Notes: generated from the sequence alone by a model not told the origin. 64,000 nucleotides of DNA from Aureliella sp. (GCA_963691875.1 OY829846.1:4032001-4096000); one strand, 5' to 3'; shown: positions 21,209 through 31,374, counted from the first letter of the stretch. Numbers and translations: made by a program.

Positions 21209-22359
21209 TTTTCGATGGCTTTCTCAATCAATAGCAAACCGCGATCAATCTCATCAGCGGTTGTAAACCGGGAAAAACTAAACCTGAGAGATCCTTCAAT
21301 AGTCTCCAAAGGTAGGCCCATAGCAACTAATGAACCTGACGGACGGCCGGAACCACTAGAGCACGCCGACCCTGTACTACAGGCCAAACCGTTGAGATCG
21401 AGGGCCATTTGCAATGCTTGGCGATCAATTCCAGGGAAGGAAAGATTGGACGTATGCGGCAATCTTGGTGCGTCAGCAGCAATAACAACCGCATCGCAGC
21501 TATCTATAAGACGGCTTTCAAATCGATCTCGCAGCAAGCGAAGTTCTTCGTAATGACCTTTGTCGAGAGCTCCGATAATTTCACTAACGGCACTGGCAAG
21601 GCCAACAGCTGGTACGACTGGCTCAGTGCCAGCTCTCAAACCAAGTTGCTGACCACCACCAATGATCATAGGATCGATTTTTACGTCGGAAGCAAGGATG
21701 AGTGCACCAATGCCAACCGGTCCGTGGATTTTGTGGCCGGTTAGTGTAAGAGCCGAAAGCCCAAGCTCTTGCATGTTGATAGGCGACTTACCAAGAGCTT
21801 GAACTATATCAGAGTGCACCGGAACATCGTATTTAGCGCAGAGCTGAGAGATGCACTTGAGATCTTGCAGCACTCCAGTTTCATTGTTGCCAAGCATGAC
21901 GCTAACACAGGAAACGACTTCGCCTTGGTCGTGTATATCAGCAAGCCAAGACTGAAGTAGATCGAAATCACAAATGCCAAGCGAGTCGGTAGGCAAAACT
22001 CGGAAGCGATCATCGGAACCAGCGAAGTGTTTCCCAGCTTCAATAACGCTAGGGTGATCCGTACCGCCAACGAAGACATAACCAGGTCGCCGCTCGAGAA
22101 GTCCAAATATGGCGAGATTGTTGGACTCAGTGCCGCCGCTGTTGAGGATAATCTGAGCCGAATCCATGGAACTGCACGGCGCTCCAACAGCTTCTAGGAT
22201 CTGTTGTTTCGCTTCTTCGAGAAAACTAAGAGCCTGTCGACCGAGCCGATGTTGACTGGCTGGATTGTATATACCCATCAAATGCAGCTGGTGCATTTTG
22301 TCGGCTACTACAGGATCTAAACGCGTGGTAGCGTTATTGTCAAAATAAATGGAATTCAT
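21190..22359 (-). CDS. iscS: Cysteine desulfurase (IscS/NifS group I)
   Basis: IYFDNNATT, NPAS, SGGTESNN, NNETG, PLP-Lys in TGHKIHGP, catalytic Cys in STGSACSS. Confidence 0.93.
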   Translation of the reverse strand: MNSIYFDNNATTRLDPVVADKMHQLHLMGIYNPASQHRLGRQALSFLEEAKQQILEAVGAPCSSMDSAQIILNSGGTESNNLAIFGLLERRPGYVFVGGTDHPSVIEAGKHFAGSDDRFRVLPTDSLGICDFDLLQSWLADIHDQGEVVSCVSVMLGNNETGVLQDLKCISQLCAKYDVPVHSDIVQALGKSPINMQELGLSALTLTGHKIHGPVGIGALILASDVKIDPMIIGGGQQLGLRAGTEPVVPAVGLASAVSEIIGALDKGHYEELRLLRDRFESRLIDSCDAVVIAADAPRLPHTSNLSFPGIDRQALQMALDLNGLACSTGSACSSGSGRPSGSLVAMGLPLETIEGSLRFSFSRFTTADEIDRGLLLIEKAIEKCRTAA

Positions 22360-23114
22360 CAGAACGATTCGACTTCCGCTCGAGCCGAAGGCTTGAGGTT
22401 TTGCAACTTGTCATTGGGTCCAAGTTTGAGACCGAATAGGACGAGCTCACTGGCTTTATCGGCTTGATTGGACTTGATGTAAAGTTGGGCTTCATCGATC
22501 AACACGCTTTGGGTCCGCTCGATCAAAGCGGAAGGAAACTCCTTGGCGTTCAAGTCAAGTAATGGGATCTCAAAGATGTCTGGCAAGCGAGAATAGAGGT
22601 TTAAGGCGACCAGAGACTGGACAACCGGCCAGAACTCAGCGGCTTCTGTAGGATGATCCTTCGTCCAAGTTGGCCACTTCAAATCGTGACCAGAGTCATG
22701 CAGTGTTAAGAGATCGATCAAGATCGAAGGTTCATCACTCACAAAGGAATGATCGAATTCAACAAGATCCCATTGGTCTCGAGCGAATGGAGAATTCAAA
22801 AGCGGACTGATAGATGGATCAATGGTAGAGCTAAAAGTCGCAGCTGTCCAAATCAGTCGCTCGGGTCCAGGATCATGCCTTACTCCTGTCCACTGTCTAT
22901 TGGTGAAAGGGTCGCGGTGGAAAGAGAATTTACGGACGCTGAAAGAGCGAGTATTGAATTCCAGACCGGAAACATAGGTGGTTTGCCAGTAAATGAACCC
23001 CAAAAAGGCGAGCACAAATAGAACGATGACGGAAACAGCGAGCTTGTTGCGGGAAATCCACGCTCGCCAGGAAGCAGGGCTATTCGCCGAAATTGATGTA
23101 GCCTGAGAATTCAT
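22359..23114 (-). CDS. Hypothetical protein with one N-terminal transmembrane helix
   Basis: 251-aa ORF with hydrophobic LAVSVIVLFVLAFLGFIYW; its stop overlaps the desulfurase start (TGATG). Confidence 0.8.
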   Translation of the reverse strand: MNSQATSISANSPASWRAWISRNKLAVSVIVLFVLAFLGFIYWQTTYVSGLEFNTRSFSVRKFSFHRDPFTNRQWTGVRHDPGPERLIWTAATFSSTIDPSISPLLNSPFARDQWDLVEFDHSFVSDEPSILIDLLTLHDSGHDLKWPTWTKDHPTEAAEFWPVVQSLVALNLYSRLPDIFEIPLLDLNAKEFPSALIERTQSVLIDEAQLYIKSNQADKASELVLFGLKLGPNDKLQNLKPSARAEVESF

Positions 23115-23280
23115 CTTGATATTAATCTACTTAGAGAATCCAGGGGAAATAGCTAATTGGCCCTAGCCACCGTATTTTTGCAGTTTGAGGTGAGGGGCAA
23201 TCTATTGGATAATTAGGTCAAGCACTTGCAACATTATTGTTCGCTAAGTTTGAAAACGAAACCTATACGGTAATCGAAAA

Positions 23281-24426
23281 ATGCGGCAAGGATTTGCTTA
23301 TACAGTAGTGCCAAGGCATCAGGGTGTCGGACCTAAAGGATCACATCTGGGCTTGGAGTTGCCAGCAGCGAAGGGGTTGAATCCACAGCGAGACAGATCG
23401 CGGCAATATTGGAATTTTATACACTATCTAGCTTCGACAGACCGATCGGAAGCGTTGGAAGGAGCGCAGGAGGAGGAACATCCTCACGGGAAGTTGCAGA
23501 GGCTCGAGGGCGTACTTTTCCTCTCACGGGAAGGTTTATCGTTGCGTAAACTAGCTAAACTGGCTGGGTTGGCGGACGCAACAGAAGCACGTACACTGAT
23601 TCGCGAGCTTAATCAGCAGCTGGATGAGCAGGGCAGAGCTTTCCGAGTCGAGGATATAGCCGGAGGCTATGCACTACTGACTAGAGCGCAATTTGCTGAT
23701 TGGCTGAGAAGGTTCGAATATGTTCCGGGACAGCAAAAGCTTAGCCAGACGGCTATGGAAACACTGGCGGTGGTAGCTTATCGGCAACCTGTTCCACGCT
23801 CCGAAATAGAAGCGATAAGGGGTGTAAGTAGTAGCGAAGTGCTCAAGCAACTGATGGAGTACGAGCTGGTACGAATCCATAGTCGCAGCGAGGAATTGGG
23901 GCGGCCCTTTCTGTACGGAACAACACGTCGATTTTTACAAATGTTTGGTTTACGATCGCTTGATCGATTGCCGAGAATGTCATGGGTTAATGAACCCTTG
24001 TCAGCCCCTTCCATCGCAGCTGTAGAGCATTCGGAAACAGAGGATTCTGCAATGACTTCGACACTTTCCATGGACGAAAGCGTAGCTTCCATCAATCCAG
24101 CCGTGGATATGGATCCAATAGCCACCAGCAAGAGCAGTGCAGTGGCCTTAGCCCATCCTACGGCGGCCGTAGAGGATGAAGAAAACGACGGCTTCTACGA
24201 AGAAGAAGACGAAGAAGAGGGCGACGATTTCGAAGATTTAGACGACGACGATTGGGACGACGACGAAGACGAAGAAGAGAGCGAAGACGACCTCGAAGAA
24301 GAAAGTGAATGGGAAGAGGTCGACGATGACGACGACGGTTGGTCAGAGGACGACGATGATGACGAAGAGGACGACGACTGGGGAGAGGAAGAAGAGGAAG
24401 ACGACGAAGATGGAGATTGGGACTAG
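23281..24426 (+). CDS. scpB: SMC-ScpAB condensin subunit ScpB with long acidic C-terminal tail
   Basis: LEGVLF, LSQTAMETLAVVAYRQPV, EIEAIRGV, GRPFLYGTTRRFLQMFGL; last ~85 aa mostly Asp/Glu. Confidence 0.95.
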   Translation: MRQGFAYTVVPRHQGVGPKGSHLGLELPAAKGLNPQRDRSRQYWNFIHYLASTDRSEALEGAQEEEHPHGKLQRLEGVLFLSREGLSLRKLAKLAGLADATEARTLIRELNQQLDEQGRAFRVEDIAGGYALLTRAQFADWLRRFEYVPGQQKLSQTAMETLAVVAYRQPVPRSEIEAIRGVSSSEVLKQLMEYELVRIHSRSEELGRPFLYGTTRRFLQMFGLRSLDRLPRMSWVNEPLSAPSIAAVEHSETEDSAMTSTLSMDESVASINPAVDMDPIATSKSSAVALAHPTAAVEDEENDGFYEEEDEEEGDDFEDLDDDDWDDDEDEEESEDDLEEESEWEEVDDDDDGWSEDDDDDEEDDDWGEEEEEDDEDGDWD

Positions 24427-24571
24427 GCTCGGCAGATAAAGAATTGTGAGCTACATGGTGCTCACTAGTTTTTCAAAAGTTAAAGCCGGTTTAGATACCC
24501 AACCGAGGAATCATAGCTGTCGTAGAGAAGATCAGACCCATCAAGTAGGAAAATCCTGATTCGCCTTTTGC

Positions 24572-24600
24572 CAAGCTAGCCCATTTGGCTAGCTTGTTTT
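24572..24600 (+). terminator. Intrinsic terminator-like hairpin downstream of scpB
   Basis: CAAGCTAGCC-CATTT-GGCTAGCTTG followed by TTTT. Confidence 0.6.
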
Positions 24601-24683
24601 CATTCTAAGGACACACGTAAAGCATCGAGATAGCATTGATGCGTCGTGTTTAAAAGCAGTCCATTTCGCAAGTAAGGTGTCGC

Positions 24684-25565
24684 ATGTTGTCGGGAGTAAC
24701 CGTTTCGTGTTTCGTCTTTAGCTACCTCGTAGTGATGTGCATGGAGGCAGCGCGGGTCTACTTAAAGATCCCGGGTCGCAACACATTGCTTATCTGCATG
24801 CTGGTAGCAGGTCTGTTTGCACACACGATATTTCTTGTCAACACGTTGTTTTTCTCAGAAGCCTCGAATATTAAACTGCTCGCTGACTGGTTTCAGTGGA
24901 GCGTCGTGGCCGCGTGGTGTTTGACGATAGCCTATATGGTCCTAGTGATAAGAAATCCAGCAAATGCGTCGGGCCTATTTCTTATTCCACTAATTCTTGC
25001 ACTGATCGGGCTGGGGACGTTAATGCGCGGTGGCACGCCTTTCGTCCCCACTAGTGAAGGGCTTTGGCAGGTAGTACACGGAATAAGCTTGTTGGTCGGA
25101 ACGATGTTCATTTGTTTTGGCGTCGCCTTCGGCATGATGTACTTGCTGCAATCGATGCGCTTAAAGTCGAAAGGCAGGCGTAAGAAGGCCAAGCTAAAAC
25201 TACCTACGCTAGAGTTCTTGCAGTCGATGAATCGTCTAAGTCTCTTTGCTACGACGTTGGCTCTTGCCTTCGGTATGCTTAGCGGAGTGGCACTCAATCT
25301 TCAGCGTTCCGGAAGTATCGATTGGTTAAGCCCCGGAATACTGTCCACGGTAGCCCTCTTTGTATGGACGCTGATAGCAACCGTTCTAGAGATATCGGCC
25401 AAGAGTTCTTTGGGCGGCCGACGTAGTGCCTATCTGGTGATCGCCAACTTTGTGTTCATGTTGGCCGTTCTGGGAGTTGTGCTAGTATCATCGCATGGGC
25501 AAGGTAACGTGGCACAGAAGTCAACCAGCGCAACGGAATCAATCATCAGCGAGGTAAATAGCTGA
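24684..25565 (+). CDS. CcsA/HemX-like cytochrome c assembly membrane protein
   Basis: About 8 hydrophobic segments, conserved His (VVHG), YLLQ...LK...LPTLE motif; TGATG overlap with hemA. Confidence 0.82.
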   Translation: MLSGVTVSCFVFSYLVVMCMEAARVYLKIPGRNTLLICMLVAGLFAHTIFLVNTLFFSEASNIKLLADWFQWSVVAAWCLTIAYMVLVIRNPANASGLFLIPLILALIGLGTLMRGGTPFVPTSEGLWQVVHGISLLVGTMFICFGVAFGMMYLLQSMRLKSKGRRKKAKLKLPTLEFLQSMNRLSLFATTLALAFGMLSGVALNLQRSGSIDWLSPGILSTVALFVWTLIATVLEISAKSSLGGRRSAYLVIANFVFMLAVLGVVLVSSHGQGNVAQKSTSATESIISEVNS

Positions 25566-26860
25566 TGCACTGGGCCATGGTAGGGTGGAGTCATCATGAG
25601 ACTCCAGTAGAACTTCGCGAGCGGTTAGCGTTCAGCAATGATCAGGTGTTCGATGCGTTGCAGCAGTTCAAGCAGCGCTTTCCGGATTCAGAGTCAGTCT
25701 TGCTCAGCACCTGCAATCGAGTAGAGCTATATTGTGCATCGCAAGAAAAGAAGAGCTTCCCGCAGCATGAAGAACTCTGCCGCTTCTTAACAGACTTCCA
25801 TGGTCTGCAGTTCGCAGAACTTCAGTCTAAAGCGACAGCACTAAGCGGCGAAGAATCAATACATCACTTGTTTACTGTCGCGGCCAGCTTGGACAGCATG
25901 ATCATTGGCGAGGCTCAGATACTCTCACAGGTCAAAGCGGCGTATGAGCTCGCTTGCCGTGGCGAGTCTGTAGCAACAAATATGCACCGAGTCTTTCAAA
26001 GAGCAGCGCTGGTAGCCAAACGCGTAGCCAACGAAACTGAGATACATAAGAAGCGAATTAGCGTGCCAAGCGTGGCGGTTAGCGAAATAGCTACAGAATT
26101 CTTTGAGCGATTCGAAGATAAGAAGATATTGCTCATCGGTGCAGGCGAGATGGGCACAGAGACGTTGAAGTATCTTAAGGATTTTGGTGCAACCAAAATG
26201 TCGATCATCAACCGCAGCCTAGAACGCGCTAAAGCCTTGGCCACAGAGTTCGAAGCCGAAACCTATCCTTGGGAGAAGCTCTATTCGCAAATCATGGCAT
26301 CAGATATGGTCGTATCCACGACAGGTGCTAATGAACCAATAGTCACAGTAGAAGAATTCCAAAAAGCTCGTAGTGCTCATCCGGCTCGAGCTGTTTTGAT
26401 TTTGGATTTGGCAGTACCGCGCGACTTTGACGCAGAGATCAGTGACGTGAGCGATACTTATTTGTACACCGTCGACGACTTGCAAGAAGTCTGTCAGCGG
26501 AACATAGAGGCTCGCAAGGCAGAGTGGCCAAAGGCCAAGAAGATCGTTCAAGAAGAGACCAAAAGATTTCTGTCCGAATCCTCGCATCGGGGCGGTGGAT
26601 CAACGATCAGGTTGTTGCGCGAGCAGGCAGAAGTTATCAAGAAGTCAGAACTCGATCGATTACTCAATAAGTTAGACTCTCAGGACTTGGATGAAGCGAC
26701 CAAGAAGGAACTCCAAGTCGCATTTGATCGTCTTGTGAATAAACTCTTACATCCGCCTATGCAGTCTTTGCGAGAAAATGCCGATACTCATCAGCACGCT
26801 AGCCTACTAGACGCCCTCCGCCGGCTTTTTCAATTGGGCGAATCAGAGCGACCCAAATAG
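25565..26860 (+). CDS. hemA: Glutamyl-tRNA reductase
   Basis: HETPVELRERLAF, STCNRVE, SLDSMIIGEAQILSQVK, GAGEMG, DLAVPRD, KLLHPP. Confidence 0.98.
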   Translation: MHWAMVGWSHHETPVELRERLAFSNDQVFDALQQFKQRFPDSESVLLSTCNRVELYCASQEKKSFPQHEELCRFLTDFHGLQFAELQSKATALSGEESIHHLFTVAASLDSMIIGEAQILSQVKAAYELACRGESVATNMHRVFQRAALVAKRVANETEIHKKRISVPSVAVSEIATEFFERFEDKKILLIGAGEMGTETLKYLKDFGATKMSIINRSLERAKALATEFEAETYPWEKLYSQIMASDMVVSTTGANEPIVTVEEFQKARSAHPARAVLILDLAVPRDFDAEISDVSDTYLYTVDDLQEVCQRNIEARKAEWPKAKKIVQEETKRFLSESSHRGGGSTIRLLREQAEVIKKSELDRLLNKLDSQDLDEATKKELQVAFDRLVNKLLHPPMQSLRENADTHQHASLLDALRRLFQLGESERPK

Positions 26861-27040
26861 GCATAGCTAAATTCTTATTGGTCGCTGTAATCAGAGATGT
26901 CGTCGACTATACGGTCAAACGCACTTTCGAGGACTCCAAGCAGCAGACGGAACGGCTGAACGAACAGCAGACTTGTCAGAAGTAGCTTCATCCAGCCGAA
27001 TAATGAGCCTCGCACTCATTAATGTGATAAAAGTCACAGG

Positions 27041-27256
27041 CTAGACGACAATATTGATCAAGTGATCATGGGACTCTTTTACAACCTTCAAGGCAGCGAT
27101 GGTGGCTTGAGATGTATGCTCAGCAATCTTTAGATTCTTCATCGGTTCCGCATCACCGATGTTTCTTGGATCAACAATCTTTCGCGCCGCTACATCCAGA
27201 TCACGGAAGCTCTTCTGTAAAGCCGTAGAGAGTACAGGTGAAGCTGGTTGTATCAT
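27041..27256 (-). CDS. Small protein resembling the N- and C-terminal helices of flagellar rod/hook proteins
   Basis: 71 aa from the ATG at 27256; LDVAARKI... then ...QATIAALKVVKESHDHLINI resembles the axial-protein termini. Recognised by eye only. Confidence 0.45.
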   Translation of the reverse strand: MIQPASPVLSTALQKSFRDLDVAARKIVDPRNIGDAEPMKNLKIAEHTSQATIAALKVVKESHDHLINIVV

Positions 27257-27768
27257 GTTCCTAGCCCATTGAACAATACTTATGACCCCGCTCTCTGGTA
27301 AAAACATAGGTCACAAAGCAATCTTTGGTAGATCGAAAGAGAGCCAATATCCAACGCAGTGATCTGGGCTCGATGTGCCGCCGGCTCCAAACTTAATTCT
27401 TACAATCGCTACATAGCGAGCATAAGGACCGCACTTTATTAAGCCTTGACGGTTAGCGAAGAGGTGCAGCGAGAATATTATTTTCTAATTTGCCTGAACG
27501 ACGGAAGTCGAGATACTAAAGGTCGGTCTCGACGTTTCATCACCCGAGGTCAATCGTTGTGAATTCAGGAGCCAGAATTCACGTCTCAGCGCATGGAAGA
27601 CGCGCTAAATAATTCGCGTGATGCAGGTAAAGTCTTCCATGTCTCTTGAATGGTTTCATGCAGTTATAGCTGCATTCTTTCTTGGCGTATGGTTCATGGT
27701 TGGCCAAATCGTAGCGTTGGACAAGCGCGAAACGTAATTCGCATGTTTCTGCATCCCACATCGTCCAA

Positions 27769-29340
27769 CTAGTGAATTAGCGTCATCACGGCTTGGACCA
27801 AATGCTCCATCGGTGCATTTACTGGGATCAGAGAGTTCGCCTCGACTTTTAACTTTGAAGCATCGAACTTGGTTTCTAACCAGACATTAAAGCAGTGAAC
27901 AATCTCCGGATCCCACTGCTCTTTGGCACCATCGTTGATAATGCTCCGAGATTTCTCTAGCGGCATAGCGATTCGATAGGGCCGAGAGCTGGTCATGGCG
28001 TCGAACGCATCAGCAACGGCCATAATACGAGCCATCAATGGTATAGACTGTCCAGCAAGTCCTTGAGGATATCCGCCCCCATCCCAACGTTCATGGTGAT
28101 AGAGAACACCTGGCAAGGTAAACTGCAAATGCCCGAGACGTTGAACGATACGATGACCAATCACCGGATGCTGTTTGATAATCTCGAATTCGTCGTCGGA
28201 GAGCTTGCCTGGCTTCAGCAAAACTTTGTCAGGAATTCCAATCTTTCCGATGTCGTGAAGCACGCCTGAAAGGTAGATTTCGTGGCAAGCTTCGTCGGAT
28301 AGGCCCAAAATCTGCGCCAGATCATAGGACAAACGGGCCACACGTTCACTGTGTCCTTGAGTGTACGGATCACGCGCGTCGATTGTGCTACTCATTGCTC
28401 GCAAAGTGCCAAGGAACAATTCGTTGCTTTGCAAAAGCAGTCGCATGTTCTGAGTCTGAGTTGTGAGAAGAACAGCGGCTTCTTCCAAAAGGCCGACTTC
28501 AACGCTTCCGAACTCGGCATCATAGATTGGAGTTCCATTAGGGTGGAATTGCTCCGAGCGCTCGACTGCGACCAGGAAACCACGATGCGTCGCGTCGGAA
28601 ATCGTGACTGCCACGATTGAGTGCAGCGTACACTCAGGCAACTTCAGCTCAACATTATTGCGAACTAGCGGTGGAGAATTCTTGCCAAACTGCATTTGGT
28701 GCAAGAGTCCCTCAATGGACTTCACCGAAACTCCAGAGCTTCCGTAGCTAGTGCTAACGAGCCCAGAGCACTCGGACTCCTCCGGATGGACTATAAGGAA
28801 TACATCCTTGGCGCGTAGCAGAAATACCAATGGCTCCAGTATTTTCTCGGCGATTTCGTTGACGGTAGCGAACTCGGAGAAGCTGGTAGCGTTTCGAGCA
28901 AAGCCTCTCAGCCAGTTTTGTTCTTCAAAACTCTGAGCGAGTTGCATAGCTGACTCTTGAAGGGCTGCCTGAGAAAAATGGTGTTCTTGCTGCAGGCTCC
29001 AACATTCCAGCGAGTTTTGCAACATCTGTTGGCCAACCGGCAGATCGCCGTTGAGGATGCTGGCAACGATGCAATTTTGTCCCTCGCAAAAGAAGGGAAT
29101 CAAGACAAGCGAAGCATTCTCTGTGAGTTCGATGGTCCGGGTTTCTTGGGTTTGCTCTAATTCAGAGCATAGTGTTTCCCAGTTTTCCAAAAGTAGGTTT
29201 GGTATCAGGATTTCAGCATGGTGCCCTAATTCAATTAGCTCAAAGGAGGAAATGGGCGTGCCGACCAGAAATCGAACTGGGATCCGTTCTTCGAGAAAAG
29301 AACGCAGCGTATCGAGAGTTTTGCAGTCGGAAGTGGACAT
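27769..29340 (-). CDS. HD-GYP domain cyclic-dinucleotide phosphodiesterase with GAF-like N-terminal region
   Basis: IDARDPYTQGHSERV, LHDIGKIG, HHERWDGGGYP, VADAFDAMTSSRPYR. Confidence 0.94.
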   Translation of the reverse strand: MSTSDCKTLDTLRSFLEERIPVRFLVGTPISSFELIELGHHAEILIPNLLLENWETLCSELEQTQETRTIELTENASLVLIPFFCEGQNCIVASILNGDLPVGQQMLQNSLECWSLQQEHHFSQAALQESAMQLAQSFEEQNWLRGFARNATSFSEFATVNEIAEKILEPLVFLLRAKDVFLIVHPEESECSGLVSTSYGSSGVSVKSIEGLLHQMQFGKNSPPLVRNNVELKLPECTLHSIVAVTISDATHRGFLVAVERSEQFHPNGTPIYDAEFGSVEVGLLEEAAVLLTTQTQNMRLLLQSNELFLGTLRAMSSTIDARDPYTQGHSERVARLSYDLAQILGLSDEACHEIYLSGVLHDIGKIGIPDKVLLKPGKLSDDEFEIIKQHPVIGHRIVQRLGHLQFTLPGVLYHHERWDGGGYPQGLAGQSIPLMARIMAVADAFDAMTSSRPYRIAMPLEKSRSIINDGAKEQWDPEIVHCFNVWLETKFDASKLKVEANSLIPVNAPMEHLVQAVMTLIH

Positions 29341-29573
29341 TCGGAAGAACCGTTAAAGTTCGCGGTTTGCAATCCTTTGGGCTCAAATAGTATCGGCAAG
29401 GTGATGCAAATCGTTTGACCGAGTCCAAAAAAAGGGCGGTCACAAGCAATTCCACAAAGAAAAGTTTTTGCCAGTTATGCGTCGTAGGCTAGGTTTCCAC
29501 ACAGAACAGGCGCAACAGCTTCGGCAGCCTAACTCGACGGTCCAAGAGCCACGACTTTTCAGGACCATGGCAG

Positions 29574-29972
29574 ATGTACTTTAGATAGAACCGGGGATTC
29601 ACGTTAATTAAAATTATCGTTGTAATCATTATTGTCGCGAATCTCGCAGCCGTAGCGGCTCCCAATTTTTACGGACGAGCAGATGCCGCTCGTCAGTCGG
29701 CGGCACTACAGTCTCTTTTGACACTGGGTGGTGCAGTGGAGTTATGTCGCACAGAAAACGGTAGCTACCCAGCGATATTGAACACTGACTTGAACGATTA
29801 TTTGAAAAGCCCATTTCCATCGACAATCGTCGGTGGTGCAACAAACGCAGCGGTGAAAGCTCTGACGATTAATCCTTTCATGGCTGCTGACGCCGATGAC
29901 GCCGGAGGTTGGCTGTGTCACGCAACCACTGGTGAGTTGCGGATCAACATGACCTCGTATATCAACTACTAG
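29574..29972 (+). pseudogene. Type II secretion/type IV pilin-like (GspG-like) prepilin pseudogene
   Basis: One frame reads MYFR*NRG|FTLIKIIVVIIIVANLAAVAAPNF...AVELCRTENGSYP...GGWLCHATTGELRIN. There is an in-frame TAG at 29586-88 and Lys replaces the conserved Glu+5. Confidence 0.85.
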
Positions 29973-30012
29973 TCGCTTAAAAGAACTGGCGAAGGTCGAG
30001 CTGGGGAGCACG

Positions 30013-30393
30013 ATGGAAAACATTTTGGTCGCAGAAGACAGTTTTGCTTTGGCAAACCTGCTCGAATTTGTACTAACCAATGCAGGGTTCAACGTAACCG
30101 TTTGCCGCACCGGTTCGCTAGCGTGGCAAGCCGCTCAGAAGGAAGAGTTTGACGTCCTACTCCTAGACCAACAGATGCCTGGGATGACGGGAATCGAAGT
30201 CCTGACACACGTGCGAGAAAGAAGTCCAAACCAGGACAAGCCAGTGTTTCTGTGCACAGCCAAGACACACGAACTCAACCTGCAGGTCTTGCACGAACAA
30301 CTCGGAATCACCGGAGTGTTCCACAAGCCCTTTTCTCCTAAGGATCTGGTCGAAAACCTCAAATCGCAGCTTCAAATGACTACCGTCAGGTAG
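30013..30393 (+). CDS. Single-domain CheY-like response regulator
   Basis: ILVAEDS, phospho-acceptor LLDQQMPGMTG, CTAK, KPF. Confidence 0.93.
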   Translation: MENILVAEDSFALANLLEFVLTNAGFNVTVCRTGSLAWQAAQKEEFDVLLLDQQMPGMTGIEVLTHVRERSPNQDKPVFLCTAKTHELNLQVLHEQLGITGVFHKPFSPKDLVENLKSQLQMTTVR

Positions 30394-30671
30394 AGGTCCA
30401 ATTGTAAAGCCATCGAAGTCTGTCATCACAACCATCTACTTTATTTTGCGCACGATCTCACTGGTCGTACTTAATCTCAGTCTCTTCGTCTTCAGTTTGT
30501 TCATGGTCAGCGGTGGATCTTTCAGCCTTCTGTGGATGCTCGCACGAACCAGAAGACTCAAGACCGTCCAGGTCGTAGAAAGCAAACTTAACGCGGTTGA
30601 CGCGGTCGGCTCTCTCGCAGCACCAAGAACTATGACTTACAGAGTCCAGTTCTCTCACCAAGCTAACGCAC

Positions 30672-31280
30672 GATGGACAAGCACTACTGACCGTTGAGCC
30701 AAAAGTCTCAGGTGGTCGAATCAATCCAGATACAGGATAGCCAGAGGAAGGTACGACGGAAGCATCGACGACCCTTCTACTTCCCGATGGTAAGGGGTCG
30801 ATCATCGGTGACTTGATCAAAGAAACCAATGGTCACAAGAAGTGGTGGGTCCCGGTTTTGGGCGAAACGCCAGTTATCCGCAAGTTGTTTAGTCGATCAG
30901 ACGACGACGTAAAGTGAGCCGAGGTGATCATAGCGCTTACGACTCACATTGTTCCGTTTAACGCCAAAGTGGATGCGCGTGAGTGTGAGCTATTTTCAAG
31001 GTCGACACGTTCAACGGCGGTTGAAAACCACTACACCGGTACTTGGTGGCAACAACACGGCCAACTCGTTGCTCCAAATTATATGCAACGAATTGGACAG
31101 CGACCTGAACTTGTTCCTCATGTCAAGGTTAGCGCATTACCAATCCGGCCGCAATATCTTCCTCCCTTGCAGCAGCCAAATCGAGCTACCAACTCCGCGA
31201 CTGACACAATCAAGACGCGACATAGAGTGTCACCTCTTGCCCTGAGGCGTCAGGCGTATTGCGGCGGCGTTTCCGCATAG
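30672..31280 (+). pseudogene. Secretin (GspD/PilQ-family) C-terminal remnant
   Basis: One frame reads DGQALLTVEPKVSGGRINPDTG*PEEGTTEASTTLLLPDGKGSIIGDLIKE...VPVLGETPVIRKLFSR...*AEVIIALTTHIV, with stops at 30738-40 and 30915-17; the N-terminal domains are missing. Confidence 0.82.
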
Positions 31281-31374
31281 ATGCGGGAAAAAAATAGAAC
31301 TGGCTATAGACTCCAAAGCCGCTGAATAAGAGCGATGGCGCTTGTTTAGAATTTACTGAAATCGAGTCGTCGAT

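Noticed and set aside
24170..24420. GAC/GAA-rich repetitive DNA as a CRISPR array or tandem repeat
   Set aside because: It is the low-complexity coding sequence of the ScpB acidic tail; there is no repeat-spacer structure.
27579..27761. 60-aa ORF downstream of the HD-GYP gene
   Set aside because: No recognisable motif or ribosome-binding site; it cannot be supported.
29586..30917. Stop-codon recoding as an explanation for the in-frame stops in the pilin and secretin
   Set aside because: Both TAG and TGA occur, alongside missense damage and truncation, and intact genes in the window end in TAG and TGA normally.
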